In this document: piece by piece, positions 9,445 to 20,313 of the stretch | How the letters are laid out: every line of letters starts with the position of its first letter | Numbering within the stretch: the stretch's first letter is position 1 | Origin: a virus | Lineage: Duplodnaviria; Caudoviricetes | Strand: one strand, 5' to 3' | IMG/VR virus record: IMGVR_UViG_3300038674_000396 | Location: 1 to 36,778 of that record | Length of the DNA stretch: 36,778 nucleotides | The notes under the pieces: generated by a model | Databases searched by the model: none | What the model saw: the letters and a program-made list of their open reading frames with translations, nothing else | Told to the model about the DNA's origin: nothing | Translations under genes and position numbers: made by a program

Positions 9445-11138
9445 TACTGATAAACCTCCATTAGACGCACAGTTGCTTTGAACACCGTGCCAGATAAACA
9501 CTCTATGCTGAATTCATCTAAATCGAATCGTACGGTTTTATATTGCTCTATTCGGACATTTTCACAGTCTGCATCATAAATACGGAAGGGTGTAGAATGC
9601 TCCAAATTCAGATAGGTGTACTCAGAATTATTCGTGGCAGAGGTTATGGTCGTGCCAAAAACATTTCCTCGATAGTAAATAACAACCTTCTTGTTCAAAA
9701 CCTTGTACTGTTGCTCTGCAAAATAATTATTTCTGGCACGCAACTGATTAACTCCCTCATATTCACCACGAATAATTTGGAATTCATTCATAGGCCAGAG
9801 ATATTCAAATTTGAAAGCTCTCCCCTTTGCGGCACACACAAAATCCAGAAAGGAACACAATTCGGATCTGGTACGAAAAATAAAAGTTCCAGTGTAATCC
9901 TTTAAAGAATTCTTATCCTGTGGGAACTTCGAATATACAGTTTGTGACGTACCCACGAATTCTCCTATATCCCTATATAGTTTCTGCTCAAAAGAAACCT
10001 TTTCCTCCCAATCAAATTTTGTCAGCAATGCAGATGGCAATGTCGGTATATTAACAAGTTCCGGTTGATTTTCTCCAATCAGTTCTGAAAGAACTAAATC
10101 CCAAGATATTAAATTTCCATTTAAGATAGTAGGTTTAGCTGAAGTAAACACTCCAATAATCATCGGAAAACCGACAACACTGGACACATTGGGAAACTCT
10201 TCCAATATGGGGTTTTCCACAAATATCTTACTTTCTGTTTTGGATGTTATTTTCTTCGCAACTAGGATACCTGTGCTTCTGTCATAGAGCATCACGTAAT
10301 TGCAAAATCTTTTTAAGTTCCACAAAGTGTCTACATTTTCCCAAAGGGAGAATCCCATTCTGTCACTATCAATAGCGGTAACTTGAAAAAGTTCGTGAAC
10401 TATCGGTATACCGATAGACTTGTCCTGCGCAAAATTCATAGCGTTGGATACAAGCCCGTACGGTTTATCTAAATGTGTGAATGATACTGCCCTTTGTGGT
10501 TTAGCTACAAGAGGTCTACGTTGTTCGTAATTCTCCGTGGAAGAAGTGATTGCTGTCTGAAATTTTATCTTGTACTCAACCTTCTTCGACCAATCAGCCC
10601 ATAAAGGGAAAACAATAACTCGCGTTGCTTTAGTAGATATTGTAAAAGTCTTTGCCGATTGACCTTCAACAGTGTAGGTTATCTCAAAATCGGTAGTAGA
10701 AGATATAGGACCCTCAGTAAAAACCGTCAATACCGCTGGTGTACCCTTACCCGATTGTAGAGTAAAATTTCCTGCTATATCTATGACAAAAGTTGTCCCG
10801 TAATCTCCTATGGCCACGGGTTCAAGTATAAAAACGCTCTTGTCTGACCAAGAGTTCCAAATATAATACCCAATTTCCCTCTGGGACAAAACCAAACCAA
10901 AGTCAACATACAAAGATGGGAATATATGGATCTGGTTTTTAATCAAATCCCAAAAATTAGATCCTTTAAGGTAAACATCCCAAACAAAAATTTCTCGACT
11001 ATTTAGAAATCTTGTCAGGGAATTAAAAAATATGGGAACGGGGTTATAATCGTGACAATCCCACGTATTTTTCGTTTTTGTATAAACGACATCCGATTTT
11101 TGGTGTCGCATATACAAAGGATCAATATTTGCAATCAT
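9444..11138 (-). CDS. Tail tip / distal tail structural protein
   Basis: Long ORF between minor tail genes and the hub; DWSKKVEY...YEQRRPL and VRFDLD motifs of Dit-like proteins; likely start ATG 11138 just after the upstream stop. Confidence 0.7.
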   Translation of the reverse strand: MIANIDPLYMRHQKSDVVYTKTKNTWDCHDYNPVPIFFNSLTRFLNSREIFVWDVYLKGSNFWDLIKNQIHIFPSLYVDFGLVLSQREIGYYIWNSWSDKSVFILEPVAIGDYGTTFVIDIAGNFTLQSGKGTPAVLTVFTEGPISSTTDFEITYTVEGQSAKTFTISTKATRVIVFPLWADWSKKVEYKIKFQTAITSSTENYEQRRPLVAKPQRAVSFTHLDKPYGLVSNAMNFAQDKSIGIPIVHELFQVTAIDSDRMGFSLWENVDTLWNLKRFCNYVMLYDRSTGILVAKKITSKTESKIFVENPILEEFPNVSSVVGFPMIIGVFTSAKPTILNGNLISWDLVLSELIGENQPELVNIPTLPSALLTKFDWEEKVSFEQKLYRDIGEFVGTSQTVYSKFPQDKNSLKDYTGTFIFRTRSELCSFLDFVCAAKGRAFKFEYLWPMNEFQIIRGEYEGVNQLRARNNYFAEQQYKVLNKKVVIYYRGNVFGTTITSATNNSEYTYLNLEHSTPFRIYDADCENVRIEQYKTVRFDLDEFSIECLSGTVFKATVRLMEVYQ

Positions 11139-11140
11139 AC

Positions 11141-12247
11141 TTACCCCGCAATAAATTCTAGGGCACAACCAAAATTAACACCATCACGGCAATCCGGATA
11201 TACTGAAAAATTTCTTGTTCCATAGGATATAACATCATCACCCTTCAAAACATTACCCATCCTTACCGCCTGATACGGTAAATAGCATAATGGGTGGCAG
11301 AATACATTTTCAGAATTCAAGTACTCGTAGAAGAAAACTACCGGACGATGTAGGAAATGTTTTACTACCGAAACATTGAATCTCGTAGAATCCGTGTATG
11401 ATCCACCTGAAAGCCTCCAAGAACCAACATCTCTAGAAGCATAATTGTAGTATGGTCCGCTAGAAGTAGAATGGTATACGTAACTATCATAAGCATTTAT
11501 TGTACTAAACCACCGCATAGGGTTGGACCATGATTCTGACGCCCAGTACAACTCCTTATTCACAGGAGTAGCATCATAAGGCTGCTTCCAAAGAAGACCG
11601 GTAGTTGGTTTTGGTTGTGTGTACCAATTGGAAGTAGGAATATGTTTATGACCACCTACAAACATAGAACTTGTCCATCCTCGTCTAGCGGCACAAACTT
11701 CATCCACCCAATTGAGGTAAAGTTCCGTTTCCGGAAAAAAGGAATCCATGGCACCTATGAAGAATCTTTTCCACATGGGGTACGTAGTGCCAGGAGGTGT
11801 TAAAATTGTGATATCCTCTCTCCAAAAAACCATAATGAACTGCTTATTTACAAAAATAACCTGCTTCGTCACAGGGCTACGAATAAAATTCGCGGGGTGT
11901 GCATCAGAACTGCCATCCCAAGCACCTGGTAATCCGGCCACATTTACAGTGAACTTTCCAGGCTGGGCATCGTAACCTTGACCAGAATCATATCCTGTTT
12001 GTCCGCAAAGATGAATGTGAGAACAACCAGAATCAGGATTTCTCAGTTTTATTGAATAATAAAGATTTTGATTTCCATATGCTCCTGTGGAGTGTAGAAG
12101 CAATTCTCCATCATCACCAGAGTTGTAACGATCAATGGTCCACCCGTAATCTACTCCAGCGTTTGCAACATCAACAGCAGTGCGTATGTTGCCCAAAAAA
12201 GACGCCTGATTTCCTACGTTCAAAAAAGTATATTTTTTGCTAATCAT
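11141..12247 (-). CDS. Minor tail (virion structural) protein
   Basis: 368 aa, second gene after the tape measure; GWTIDR...GQTGYDSGQGYDAQPG pattern; ATGA coupling to the upstream gene. Confidence 0.7.
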   Translation of the reverse strand: MISKKYTFLNVGNQASFLGNIRTAVDVANAGVDYGWTIDRYNSGDDGELLLHSTGAYGNQNLYYSIKLRNPDSGCSHIHLCGQTGYDSGQGYDAQPGKFTVNVAGLPGAWDGSSDAHPANFIRSPVTKQVIFVNKQFIMVFWREDITILTPPGTTYPMWKRFFIGAMDSFFPETELYLNWVDEVCAARRGWTSSMFVGGHKHIPTSNWYTQPKPTTGLLWKQPYDATPVNKELYWASESWSNPMRWFSTINAYDSYVYHSTSSGPYYNYASRDVGSWRLSGGSYTDSTRFNVSVVKHFLHRPVVFFYEYLNSENVFCHPLCYLPYQAVRMGNVLKGDDVISYGTRNFSVYPDCRDGVNFGCALEFIAG

Positions 12248-13311
12248 AATTCATCCTTTACAGCCATCCAATCATACCAGGATGTTCTATTTAGGTTCGG
12301 GAAGATTATACAATCAGAAGTGCCGACTTCTGACAAAGACGTATTTCTTTGGTTTGGTGCCCAATAAACACCATCTAGCTGCCCCAAAAGAAAATAATCC
12401 GATTGAGAAGCAGTGTAGGCATAGATGTACACTGGAAACAATAACTGCTCAAACCCACCATCAGGGTAGTTTATATTTGCGGAATTGGCTATTCCTATAG
12501 TAGCGGAAGTAGTTGGGTCCATATACCAATCATAACTCCAACCAATGGGGGTCATAAATCTATTGCAGGAAAAATCCCTTCTGTTTGTGTAACTAGTTGC
12601 AAAAGACCACTGACCATGCCTAGCAAAAATTAAATTTCTTCGATGATTATCGAAGTCTACTTCTGTGGACCAATCCACCACCTGATATCCTAAATAGTTG
12701 GTCCAGTACCCACCATTAAAAGAATCAGACAAGCAGCACAAAGGATACGGAACTTCTTGTGGTGTAACATGCCGTATATACTGACCCATATACCCGTTAG
12801 AAAACCTCTCCTCAGTATTTATAATAAGCACTACTCGTGCTTTATTCGAATAAACCCACAGTTGCAAAGGAGGCTTGTTTGCCCAAATGGTGGTGGATTC
12901 ATCAGTCTTGAAAGGCATGAAACAGTGTTCGTTATACCCTCTAGCACCTAGACCAGAACCATACGTTGTATTAGACCAAGAAGTAGCAAAATAATACTTT
13001 CCAGTTCCATCGTTCATCAGGGTGTTGTCAAACTGGTAATATGTCCTAAGAATCAAACCAGCCTCAACACCACCAGGGTGAGATATGGCTTCAATTCCTA
13101 TGTAAATCTCTTCGTTATCCGATTTGCCTGTATTTTTTAGAATACAGGCGTCTTTATAATAGGGAGCAGCCAAAGTCCTATAGTCCGCATGAATTGTCCA
13201 ATCTCTGCCGGGAGTGGCAGGAGCTCCTGTCAAAAAAGTAACTACGGTGTCAAAAACACACCCAGCCTGCCCGGCTACACCGCGGCATAATTGCTGCTTT
13301 AAAAGTGCCAT
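12244..13311 (-). CDS. Minor tail (virion structural) protein
   Basis: 355 aa immediately after the tape measure; EEIYIGI...YMGQY..YPL...LGQLDGVYW pattern seen in siphovirus tail-tip proteins. Confidence 0.7.
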   Translation of the reverse strand: MALLKQQLCRGVAGQAGCVFDTVVTFLTGAPATPGRDWTIHADYRTLAAPYYKDACILKNTGKSDNEEIYIGIEAISHPGGVEAGLILRTYYQFDNTLMNDGTGKYYFATSWSNTTYGSGLGARGYNEHCFMPFKTDESTTIWANKPPLQLWVYSNKARVVLIINTEERFSNGYMGQYIRHVTPQEVPYPLCCLSDSFNGGYWTNYLGYQVVDWSTEVDFDNHRRNLIFARHGQWSFATSYTNRRDFSCNRFMTPIGWSYDWYMDPTTSATIGIANSANINYPDGGFEQLLFPVYIYAYTASQSDYFLLGQLDGVYWAPNQRNTSLSEVGTSDCIIFPNLNRTSWYDWMAVKDEL

Positions 13312-13314
13312 AAA

Positions 13315-16300
13315 TTACCTCTGTATGCCTTTCAAGATTGCAGGATGTTTGCTAATTACGTTCATTATCGCTTTTTGACCTGCATGTGAAGACACATACT
13401 GATCGAACATTGCGGGATCAAGAATGTTCACAATATTAAAAAGCTGTGGTTCCTTTCCGGAGGTTTCGGCAGGATTACTCGCAACTTCACCGCCATCGGC
13501 AAACCTCGTGCCACCCGCCCTATTTCCAGGTTTAGCCCACTGCGATAAAACATCTCTGGGGATTGCTCTAGTTCTGATCGCCTCCATCGCGCCCTTTCCA
13601 TAGTAGTCAACCGAAGCCACAGGCTGCATGAATTCGCCAGCAGTAGCATTGATCTGTATATTGTCTGCGCGGGAGTGAGGCGAATAGCCGGTGATTTCAC
13701 CACCATCTGCGAAGCCTTTGACTCCCTGAGCAACAGTCAAGCCAGCCACCATGCCCGCCTTCGCATAACCCATCGCCAAAATAACGGCAGACATAGGTAT
13801 ACCAAAAGGTCCAGCAGAGAGAGCAGCAGCAGAACCGGCGTGAGCATTCATAATGATTTCCGCAATAGCCAGTGCTTTTTGAGCGTAGAAAAAGCCCACA
13901 GCCTTCTGATTGCTGATCTCATAAAACTCACCCATCAGACCCGACAACTCACCAAAGAAATCAGCGTTCTTCTGGTATTCCATTGATCTTCTCTTTCTGG
14001 CCAAAGCATCCATTTCCTCATCATGTTTTACCTGAAGTTCGCGCATGATAGAATTATACAGAGTTTTATCTTGTGCAAGGTTCTTGTAATGATCCTCCCA
14101 CTCCTTTCGCTCCAGAGCGTGACGAATACCTAAAGCTTCTTCCGCGGCATCGAAATCATCATAGTTCGTTGCCCGTGTCTCAAGGTTCGTAGCCCTGGCT
14201 TCAGCCTGACCCTTCAGGAGCTCTTCCTTGTTCAGCTTAATCTGAATTTCCTTATCAGCAACTTCCTGAGCACGCTGCAACCTAAGCTCATTCAACTTTT
14301 GCTCATCATCGTAGACATTCTTGTGTTGGGCCTTTCTCTGTTCTACGTAAGCCGCCTGTATGGAAATCTCTTTGTCCAAGAAAGCTATTGTAGCTTCTCT
14401 AGCCATGTACTCCTGCTGATTCTTATCGTTCCAGTAGGTCTTGTCGATTTCCAGCAAGTTCATGTTGTGCTTGTAGGCGCGTGCAGTTTCGGCACGTTCT
14501 CGTTCATCTCTTGCCTTGGATTCGATGTTAGCCGCCTGTTGAGCAGCAAGACCAGCCTTCTGTACCTGCAACGCCAGGATCTGATTCTGAGTAGCATTAA
14601 TATCCTGTGACTCATTGGGGGACTTTTCACGCAATTTTGCCAGATATGCAGATTTGGCAGCTATTTCCGCATTAATCTGTGCTTCTTTAATAGCCAGAAT
14701 CTTGTTGGAATTATCCTGCTCAATGCCTATTTCATTGGCACTGGCCAATTCTATTGCAGCAATCCTATTATCAAGGCTTATCTTTTGCGTTTCAGCCATA
14801 AGATCCAGAGCTTCCCCATACTCATCAACCAACTGTTTGGTGTCTTTGGCAAACTTCTTTTTCGCATTGTCGTTGGCAGTTTCGGCGGTATTAACAGCCT
14901 CCGCGGCAAGTTCAGTGGTAAGATTGGGAATAAGACCTGTCTTCCACACGTTTGCCGTATTGGTCCTCTGAATTTTCTCCAATCCCTTATCAATCTTATC
15001 CAAATCAGCAAGGATGGAAGCCGCATCTTTTTTCCTCTGCGGATTATCCAGATCGGGCATACTCTTGTAAACGGCATCAATAGCAGTCTGAGTTTCCTGC
15101 TGAAGCTTTTTAAACGCGGTTTCCGGGCTATTAAGAATCTGCTCCGCCTGCTTATCAAGCATAAGGATAAGTTCTGCGATGGCTTTCTTTGAAGACTCCG
15201 AGTATTTCCTGACATTCTCTGTCTGCTTAAACCAGAATTTCAAATAAGACGAATCCAGAGCATCAAAATTCTTAGACTCTTGTTCCGCCTGATCTTGTGT
15301 CATACCAGCGCGCAGAAGCATAGCCTTGTACGATGCCTTGTCCACTGCCATCCACGAATTCAGAATTTCCTGTACTTTCTGGTTAGCTGTGGTAAATTTT
15401 CCCTCAATTTCGGGGAAATTTTTCTCAAACTCCTCGATGCCGGTAACATCCAGTTCCATACCGCCGAAACTATCAAAACTTTTCGCTTCTTTCCCCGACT
15501 GGATATTACTCATGCGGATAATGGCATCTTCAAAATCCTTCTCCGCGCCCAAGAAAGCCTCAACATCAGCAATCATTTTATCAGCGCGTCGGGCCTCGGC
15601 CAGCCTGTCCATTTCATCGGCAAATTTTGAGACATTCGGCGTAGTGGCCTTAACGGCTTCGTTAAGATCAGTAATCACCCCCTTCTGGTCCCTCACTACC
15701 CCCACAACCTCAACGCCCAGCCTGTTAAGTCTCTCAAGTGCCAACGAACGTTCAGCATCGGTTTTCGTCGTGTCTTTTGCGATAGCCAACAACGATTTTG
15801 CAGCATCTCTTTTCTTGGCAGAGAGGTTTATATCCTTATCAGCTTGTGCATTAGCTTTTTCCGCTATCTTCAAGTAATCTTTGGCTTCCTTGTTCATCTT
15901 GTACCAAGAGACAGCAGCCGCAGCCGCAGCACCGCCTATAGCAAGGATCCACACAACCGGATGAGCAGCAATGGAGGTGAGCATCGTCCTCAGGGCACCC
16001 AAAGCGAAAGTAAAGAGGTTCACTTTCGCTGTAGCACCAACCATCTCCATGCCCACAAGAGTAATATTTTCCACCCACTTCAGACCCATAAACAAACTCA
16101 CAGCTTTCGAAGCAGCACCTATAGCAGCAGCAAGACCCAACACTATAACGGTGAAAGAACCCACCGAGGAACTAAGGAATCCGGCCAAGAGATCAGCTAA
16201 TCCTCTGCCCAGATCAATTACAACCTCCAACATGGTCTTCAAACCAGCATCACCAAGAGCCACAGCAACAAGTTCAAACTTATCCTTCATGTTCTTGGCT

Positions 16301-18804
16301 TTATTTGCAAGACCTTCCATCTGAATCTCAGCCATCTTTGCAGCAGAACCAGATTCCTGCATGGCATTTTTCATTTCGACAAAGCCCTGAACACCATGGG
16401 CAGTAATGGCCGAAATAGCAGGCGCACCACGAATACCAAAAAGATCAAAAGCAGCCGCAGCATCAGGTACAACCTTCTGAAGCCTACGAATAACATTCTC
16501 AAGTGGGTTAGCTGCACTCACGACAAACTGATCAGTGGTGTAACCAGCACGCTCAATAGCCTCAGTGAACTCCTTACTAGGAGACACAAGACCCTCGACA
16601 ACCTGGCGTAAGCTAGTACCGATGGTACTTGCACGAACACCTGCGTTAGCCAGAAGACCCATCAGCGTAACAGAGTCGTCAACAGTAATGTTCGCCTTTT
16701 CCGCCACAGATGCAAAATAGTTGAAAGCAACGCGCAGCTTGTCAACATCCAGCTTAGATCGGTTGATCGCGTTGGCGAAAAGATCAGTCAAACGACCAGC
16801 TTCGGCAGCTTCCAAGTGGAATGCACGAATAGTCGTAGTCAGCAAGTCCGTAACCGTCTCAAAATTCGAAAGAGTACCAGTTGCCAGTGTAGCAGCGTCA
16901 TCAATAACTTCGATGGTCTCCGCAGCAGTAAAGCCCGCCTGCCCCAAGTTCTTCATACCCTCGGCTACTTCCTGAGCAGAAAACTTGGTCTTGCCAGCCA
17001 CTTCCTTGATGGTTTCACCAAACATCTCTGTCTGATAATCCGTGGCAGAAGTAATAGCTTGCAAGTCTTTCAATGACTGGTCATACTGTACAATCTGATT
17101 GATGGTATTACCGATAACACTTACAGCACCATAGAAGGCGAAAGCACCAACAGCGTACTTCGCCACGTTCATCATGCTTGTGCCAAGCTTATCCATAACA
17201 TCTGCCAAGCTCATGGTCTTCTTGGACATGTCTGGAATGAGATGCGCCTGATTAGTCATAAGCCCGTTGGCTATTTCCAACTGCTTATTCACACGCTGAT
17301 TCATCAAGGCATAACGATCCTGCGACAAGGCCCAGGCATTACCGTCTGCTCCAGCCTTGTTCATCATCTTGGCCTGCTTCTCAATGGCCTTTTCCACATC
17401 CTTCAAAGCAAGAGCACGATCTTTGTAAGCAGCAGTACCGTATACCTGCTCTTCCCGTAACTTCTTCAGTGTTTCCTGATACTCACGACCAAAAGAAGCA
17501 GCCCTTGAAGTTTCTGTGGTATATTCCCGGCTTGCCTCAACCATTTTCTTCTGGTTCTGAGCAATAATCTCTTCCGCTATACGCCGACGATCAAGGGAAT
17601 TTGCGTAGTTCCTGGAAACACGATCAGCCTCTTTCTGTGTCATCGTGCCTTCGGCTACATACTTGTTCAAGGTGGCCTGATGCTTCAAAACCTTCTTTTC
17701 AACAACATCAGCCATCTGGCCCATCGTTTTATTGATAGCCTTGACAGCATTATCATTCTGACCATAAGTTCTGGTAAGTTCCTTGAAAATATCGAGATTC
17801 TTGTCACCGCTGGCAGTCATTTTCTGAATAGTGGTTCCATACAGTCCGTAGCTCTTAGCCAGCATACCAAGCTTTGCCGCTTGTTCTTCAGTAACACCCA
17901 AAGCACGAAGACCGGCTTCATTGAAAATTTGAAAAGAACGACCAGAAACTTTCAAATTTCCGTTCATAATATTGGTGGCTACGGAAGCGCGACCAACACC
18001 AAGAGCCACTTTCCCAACATCTTCTCCAGCCTGGGAAGCGGCAAGCCGCAAACGATTCAAGCCGGAGTCAGCCTGATCTAAAGCCTTTGACCATATGGCC
18101 ACTTTACTATTGGAATTACCCAAAGTGCCCGAAAGTTTCTCAAACGATTTGAGGTAATCACCACCAATCAACTGCGCTTCACGGAGCTTTTTGGAGTAAA
18201 GGTCCTGCGCAAGTGTTGATTTTTGCAGAACCTGTGCTTGCTTTTCTGTCAAACCTATGTGCTTCCAAGCTTCAGATGTGAGAAGCTTTATACCATTCTT
18301 GGTAAGATCGATCTCCCCCCTCTGTGCCGCCTGCATAATGGTGTTGAACCTGACATTTTTAGCCCAAGAACCATTGGCCTTATCAGCAGCCATGAGCACA
18401 GAATTAGTGCCCATGAGTGCCGACAAGTAATCCGTAGTTTTCCTTTTGGCAATATCCAAAGAATTATTGCCAGCCGTAACGCCACGAGAGTAGTAACCAA
18501 AAGCATGTGCTGCTGAAGTTATACCGGCTTCATTCTTTTTGTAATCCGCCTCCAAGCTCTTCAACACTTTTTGGAACTTGGACTTAGAGGTGGTAACTTT
18601 TTCAACTTCTGTGGCAAATTTTGCTTGATCCTTTGCTGCTTTACTGGCTACGGTAGAACCTTCGTTCATCGCCTTGTTCGTTTCTTTCTGCTGGGCAGCA
18701 ATAGCACGAAGACCCGCAATAAGATCCTTGAAAGACTTATCCAGAGTGTTTGAAACCTGACCCAAAAACTCTACTAATACCTGCTGTGTTACTTGATCAC
18801 TCAT
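13315..18804 (-). CDS. Tape measure protein (TP901-type core)
   Basis: 1829 aa, Ala-rich helical; KTKFSAQEVAEGMKNLGQAGF...LANAGVRASTIGTSLR core; hydrophobic segments; C-terminal FADGG repeats; follows the chaperones. Confidence 0.95.
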   Translation of the reverse strand: MSDQVTQQVLVEFLGQVSNTLDKSFKDLIAGLRAIAAQQKETNKAMNEGSTVASKAAKDQAKFATEVEKVTTSKSKFQKVLKSLEADYKKNEAGITSAAHAFGYYSRGVTAGNNSLDIAKRKTTDYLSALMGTNSVLMAADKANGSWAKNVRFNTIMQAAQRGEIDLTKNGIKLLTSEAWKHIGLTEKQAQVLQKSTLAQDLYSKKLREAQLIGGDYLKSFEKLSGTLGNSNSKVAIWSKALDQADSGLNRLRLAASQAGEDVGKVALGVGRASVATNIMNGNLKVSGRSFQIFNEAGLRALGVTEEQAAKLGMLAKSYGLYGTTIQKMTASGDKNLDIFKELTRTYGQNDNAVKAINKTMGQMADVVEKKVLKHQATLNKYVAEGTMTQKEADRVSRNYANSLDRRRIAEEIIAQNQKKMVEASREYTTETSRAASFGREYQETLKKLREEQVYGTAAYKDRALALKDVEKAIEKQAKMMNKAGADGNAWALSQDRYALMNQRVNKQLEIANGLMTNQAHLIPDMSKKTMSLADVMDKLGTSMMNVAKYAVGAFAFYGAVSVIGNTINQIVQYDQSLKDLQAITSATDYQTEMFGETIKEVAGKTKFSAQEVAEGMKNLGQAGFTAAETIEVIDDAATLATGTLSNFETVTDLLTTTIRAFHLEAAEAGRLTDLFANAINRSKLDVDKLRVAFNYFASVAEKANITVDDSVTLMGLLANAGVRASTIGTSLRQVVEGLVSPSKEFTEAIERAGYTTDQFVVSAANPLENVIRRLQKVVPDAAAAFDLFGIRGAPAISAITAHGVQGFVEMKNAMQESGSAAKMAEIQMEGLANKAKNMKDKFELVAVALGDAGLKTMLEVVIDLGRGLADLLAGFLSSSVGSFTVIVLGLAAAIGAASKAVSLFMGLKWVENITLVGMEMVGATAKVNLFTFALGALRTMLTSIAAHPVVWILAIGGAAAAAAVSWYKMNKEAKDYLKIAEKANAQADKDINLSAKKRDAAKSLLAIAKDTTKTDAERSLALERLNRLGVEVVGVVRDQKGVITDLNEAVKATTPNVSKFADEMDRLAEARRADKMIADVEAFLGAEKDFEDAIIRMSNIQSGKEAKSFDSFGGMELDVTGIEEFEKNFPEIEGKFTTANQKVQEILNSWMAVDKASYKAMLLRAGMTQDQAEQESKNFDALDSSYLKFWFKQTENVRKYSESSKKAIAELILMLDKQAEQILNSPETAFKKLQQETQTAIDAVYKSMPDLDNPQRKKDAASILADLDKIDKGLEKIQRTNTANVWKTGLIPNLTTELAAEAVNTAETANDNAKKKFAKDTKQLVDEYGEALDLMAETQKISLDNRIAAIELASANEIGIEQDNSNKILAIKEAQINAEIAAKSAYLAKLREKSPNESQDINATQNQILALQVQKAGLAAQQAANIESKARDERERAETARAYKHNMNLLEIDKTYWNDKNQQEYMAREATIAFLDKEISIQAAYVEQRKAQHKNVYDDEQKLNELRLQRAQEVADKEIQIKLNKEELLKGQAEARATNLETRATNYDDFDAAEEALGIRHALERKEWEDHYKNLAQDKTLYNSIMRELQVKHDEEMDALARKRRSMEYQKNADFFGELSGLMGEFYEISNQKAVGFFYAQKALAIAEIIMNAHAGSAAALSAGPFGIPMSAVILAMGYAKAGMVAGLTVAQGVKGFADGGEITGYSPHSRADNIQINATAGEFMQPVASVDYYGKGAMEAIRTRAIPRDVLSQWAKPGNRAGGTRFADGGEVASNPAETSGKEPQLFNIVNILDPAMFDQYVSSHAGQKAIMNVISKHPAILKGIQR

Positions 18805-18809
18805 GGTAT

Positions 18810-19259
18810 TTACCTGACGGCTGATTTTTTATCGCGGCTGTTCACCCAATTCTGATGGTTCCCCATCATTTCCTGAGTCAACTGTGCTCTTTGATCTTCC
18901 GACATGCCTTCATAGTCCTTTGGATCGCCAAACACAAAAGTTTTTGGGTTACTAACACCAGGCGGCAACTCATCTCTCTTGACCACCGTTGAGCCTGATG
19001 TGTCCTTACTATCAGATAATTCGTATCCGTGAAAGCTCGCAATTACTGCATTTTGTTGGTAAATGCGTTTGCCTGCTTCGGCAAAAAGGGTTTCCACCTG
19101 AGGTTCGGTAAGACCCCCATCTCTGAAAGATGCGGTGAAATGGTTGAGAGTAATTGAGGGATACTCGTGGAGTATCGTACAGACTACTTCATCAATGGTT
19201 ACTGGTTCTCTGCCTTTGGCTGATTGTCGTTCCTGACTTTCTTCCAAAGGCGCAACAAG
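18810..19259 (-). CDS. Tail assembly chaperone, frameshifted extension (gpT part of gpGT)
   Basis: Overlaps the upstream chaperone in the -1 frame, entered at slippery A_AAA_AAC (19265-19259); no convincing start of its own. Confidence 0.8.
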   Translation of the reverse strand, partial: LVAPLEESQERQSAKGREPVTIDEVVCTILHEYPSITLNHFTASFRDGGLTEPQVETLFAEAGKRIYQQNAVIASFHGYELSDSKDTSGSTVVKRDELPPGVSNPKTFVFGDPKDYEGMSEDQRAQLTQEMMGNHQNWVNSRDKKSAVR

Positions 19260-19588
19260 TTTTTTACAGCGCCCTCATTCATGGTATAGACCATATCTGC
19301 GAGTTCTGTGGCTTGTTCCAGCGAAAGTTCTTCTTCTGTGATAGGTTCTTCAAGAACCATATTTGCGATGGTACCGATGTTCTCTTCGATGAGAGCTATG
19401 GAATGTGATGCAATCTGAATAGGGTCGAAACCGTCTTTCTTCAGATCAACAATGCCCGAAATGAGAGCCATAACAAGCATCTTCAGCTTGCGGGCATCTG
19501 CAAAGGAAAGCGGGTAAACTTTCACATTCCTGGGTTCACGAATACCAACAGTGATAGTGGGGTAGACAGGCGGATTTAAGATAGACAT
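19199..19588 (-). CDS. Tail assembly chaperone (gpG-like)
   Basis: 129 aa with AGGAG RBS, between tail tube and tape measure. Confidence 0.8.
   Translation of the reverse strand: MSILNPPVYPTITVGIREPRNVKVYPLSFADARKLKMLVMALISGIVDLKKDGFDPIQIASHSIALIEENIGTIANMVLEEPITEEELSLEQATELADMVYTMNEGAVKNLLRLWKKVRNDNQPKAENQ
19259..19265 (-). other. -1 programmed ribosomal frameshift site A AAA AAC
   Basis: In-frame GTA AAA AAC; a -1 shift reads CTT GTT GCG CCT TTG GAA GAA, the frame of the downstream ORF. Confidence 0.8.
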
Positions 19589-19617
19589 TGCTATCTCCTA
19601 TTTGTTAAATAGGTTGA

Positions 19618-20313
19618 TTATATTTTTACATGTTTCCAGTTAATTCCAGCCACTATTAGGCGTATTGCCCTACCATGAACTGGGTAATCCTTAGCAACTT
19701 GTCCTACTTTTTCTCCTTTAGAAACTCTAATTTTAATTTCGCGCACTTGTTCTTCTGTTAGTTTGGAGTTTGCTACGTTCTCCCCTCTGGGTTTTCTTCC
19801 TTTCTTAACCATATCTTGCAAATTTTCCTTCCCAGTTCCCAAGAACAAATGTTCATGATTAAAGCAAGAAGGATTATCGCATTTGTGGCACACTAGCATA
19901 CCTGGTGGTATCGGGCCAATATAAATTTCGTAGGCAACTCGGTGAACACGGCTGGGTGTATTACCAACCGAAATAATACCATAACCATCTGTATCTTTAT
20001 GTTTTGACCACTCAATGCACCCGTTTTCTTTAGCAACACCATTCTTTTCCAAACGTTCTTTAACACTCAACTGTGAATCATTTTTTAAGTCTGCATCAAG
20101 ATAAGAACCTGTTTTCCTCACTCTCTGCCAATGCTTATTACACATACCCTTCGCATAAACCGGACGATCACAAGAAGAAACAGAACAACGTTCCTTTTGT
20201 GCCTCCTTACCAGCATTTATCTTTTTAAGAAGTCTTTGATAGTGCATGACACACAAACCACGACAAAAAACTATTTTCTCACAACTTTCTTCACTACATA
20301 TTTTAATAGACAT
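19618..20313 (-). CDS. Free-standing HNH homing endonuclease with two N-terminal Zn-finger repeats and a C-terminal HTH
   Basis: GCIEW...GYG...HRVAY...VCHKCDNPSCFNHEHLFLGT..EN..D HNH motif; two C-x4-C-x9-C-x2-H repeats; AT-richer than its flanks. Confidence 0.92.
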   Translation of the reverse strand: MSIKICSEESCEKIVFCRGLCVMHYQRLLKKINAGKEAQKERCSVSSCDRPVYAKGMCNKHWQRVRKTGSYLDADLKNDSQLSVKERLEKNGVAKENGCIEWSKHKDTDGYGIISVGNTPSRVHRVAYEIYIGPIPPGMLVCHKCDNPSCFNHEHLFLGTGKENLQDMVKKGRKPRGENVANSKLTEEQVREIKIRVSKGEKVGQVAKDYPVHGRAIRLIVAGINWKHVKI

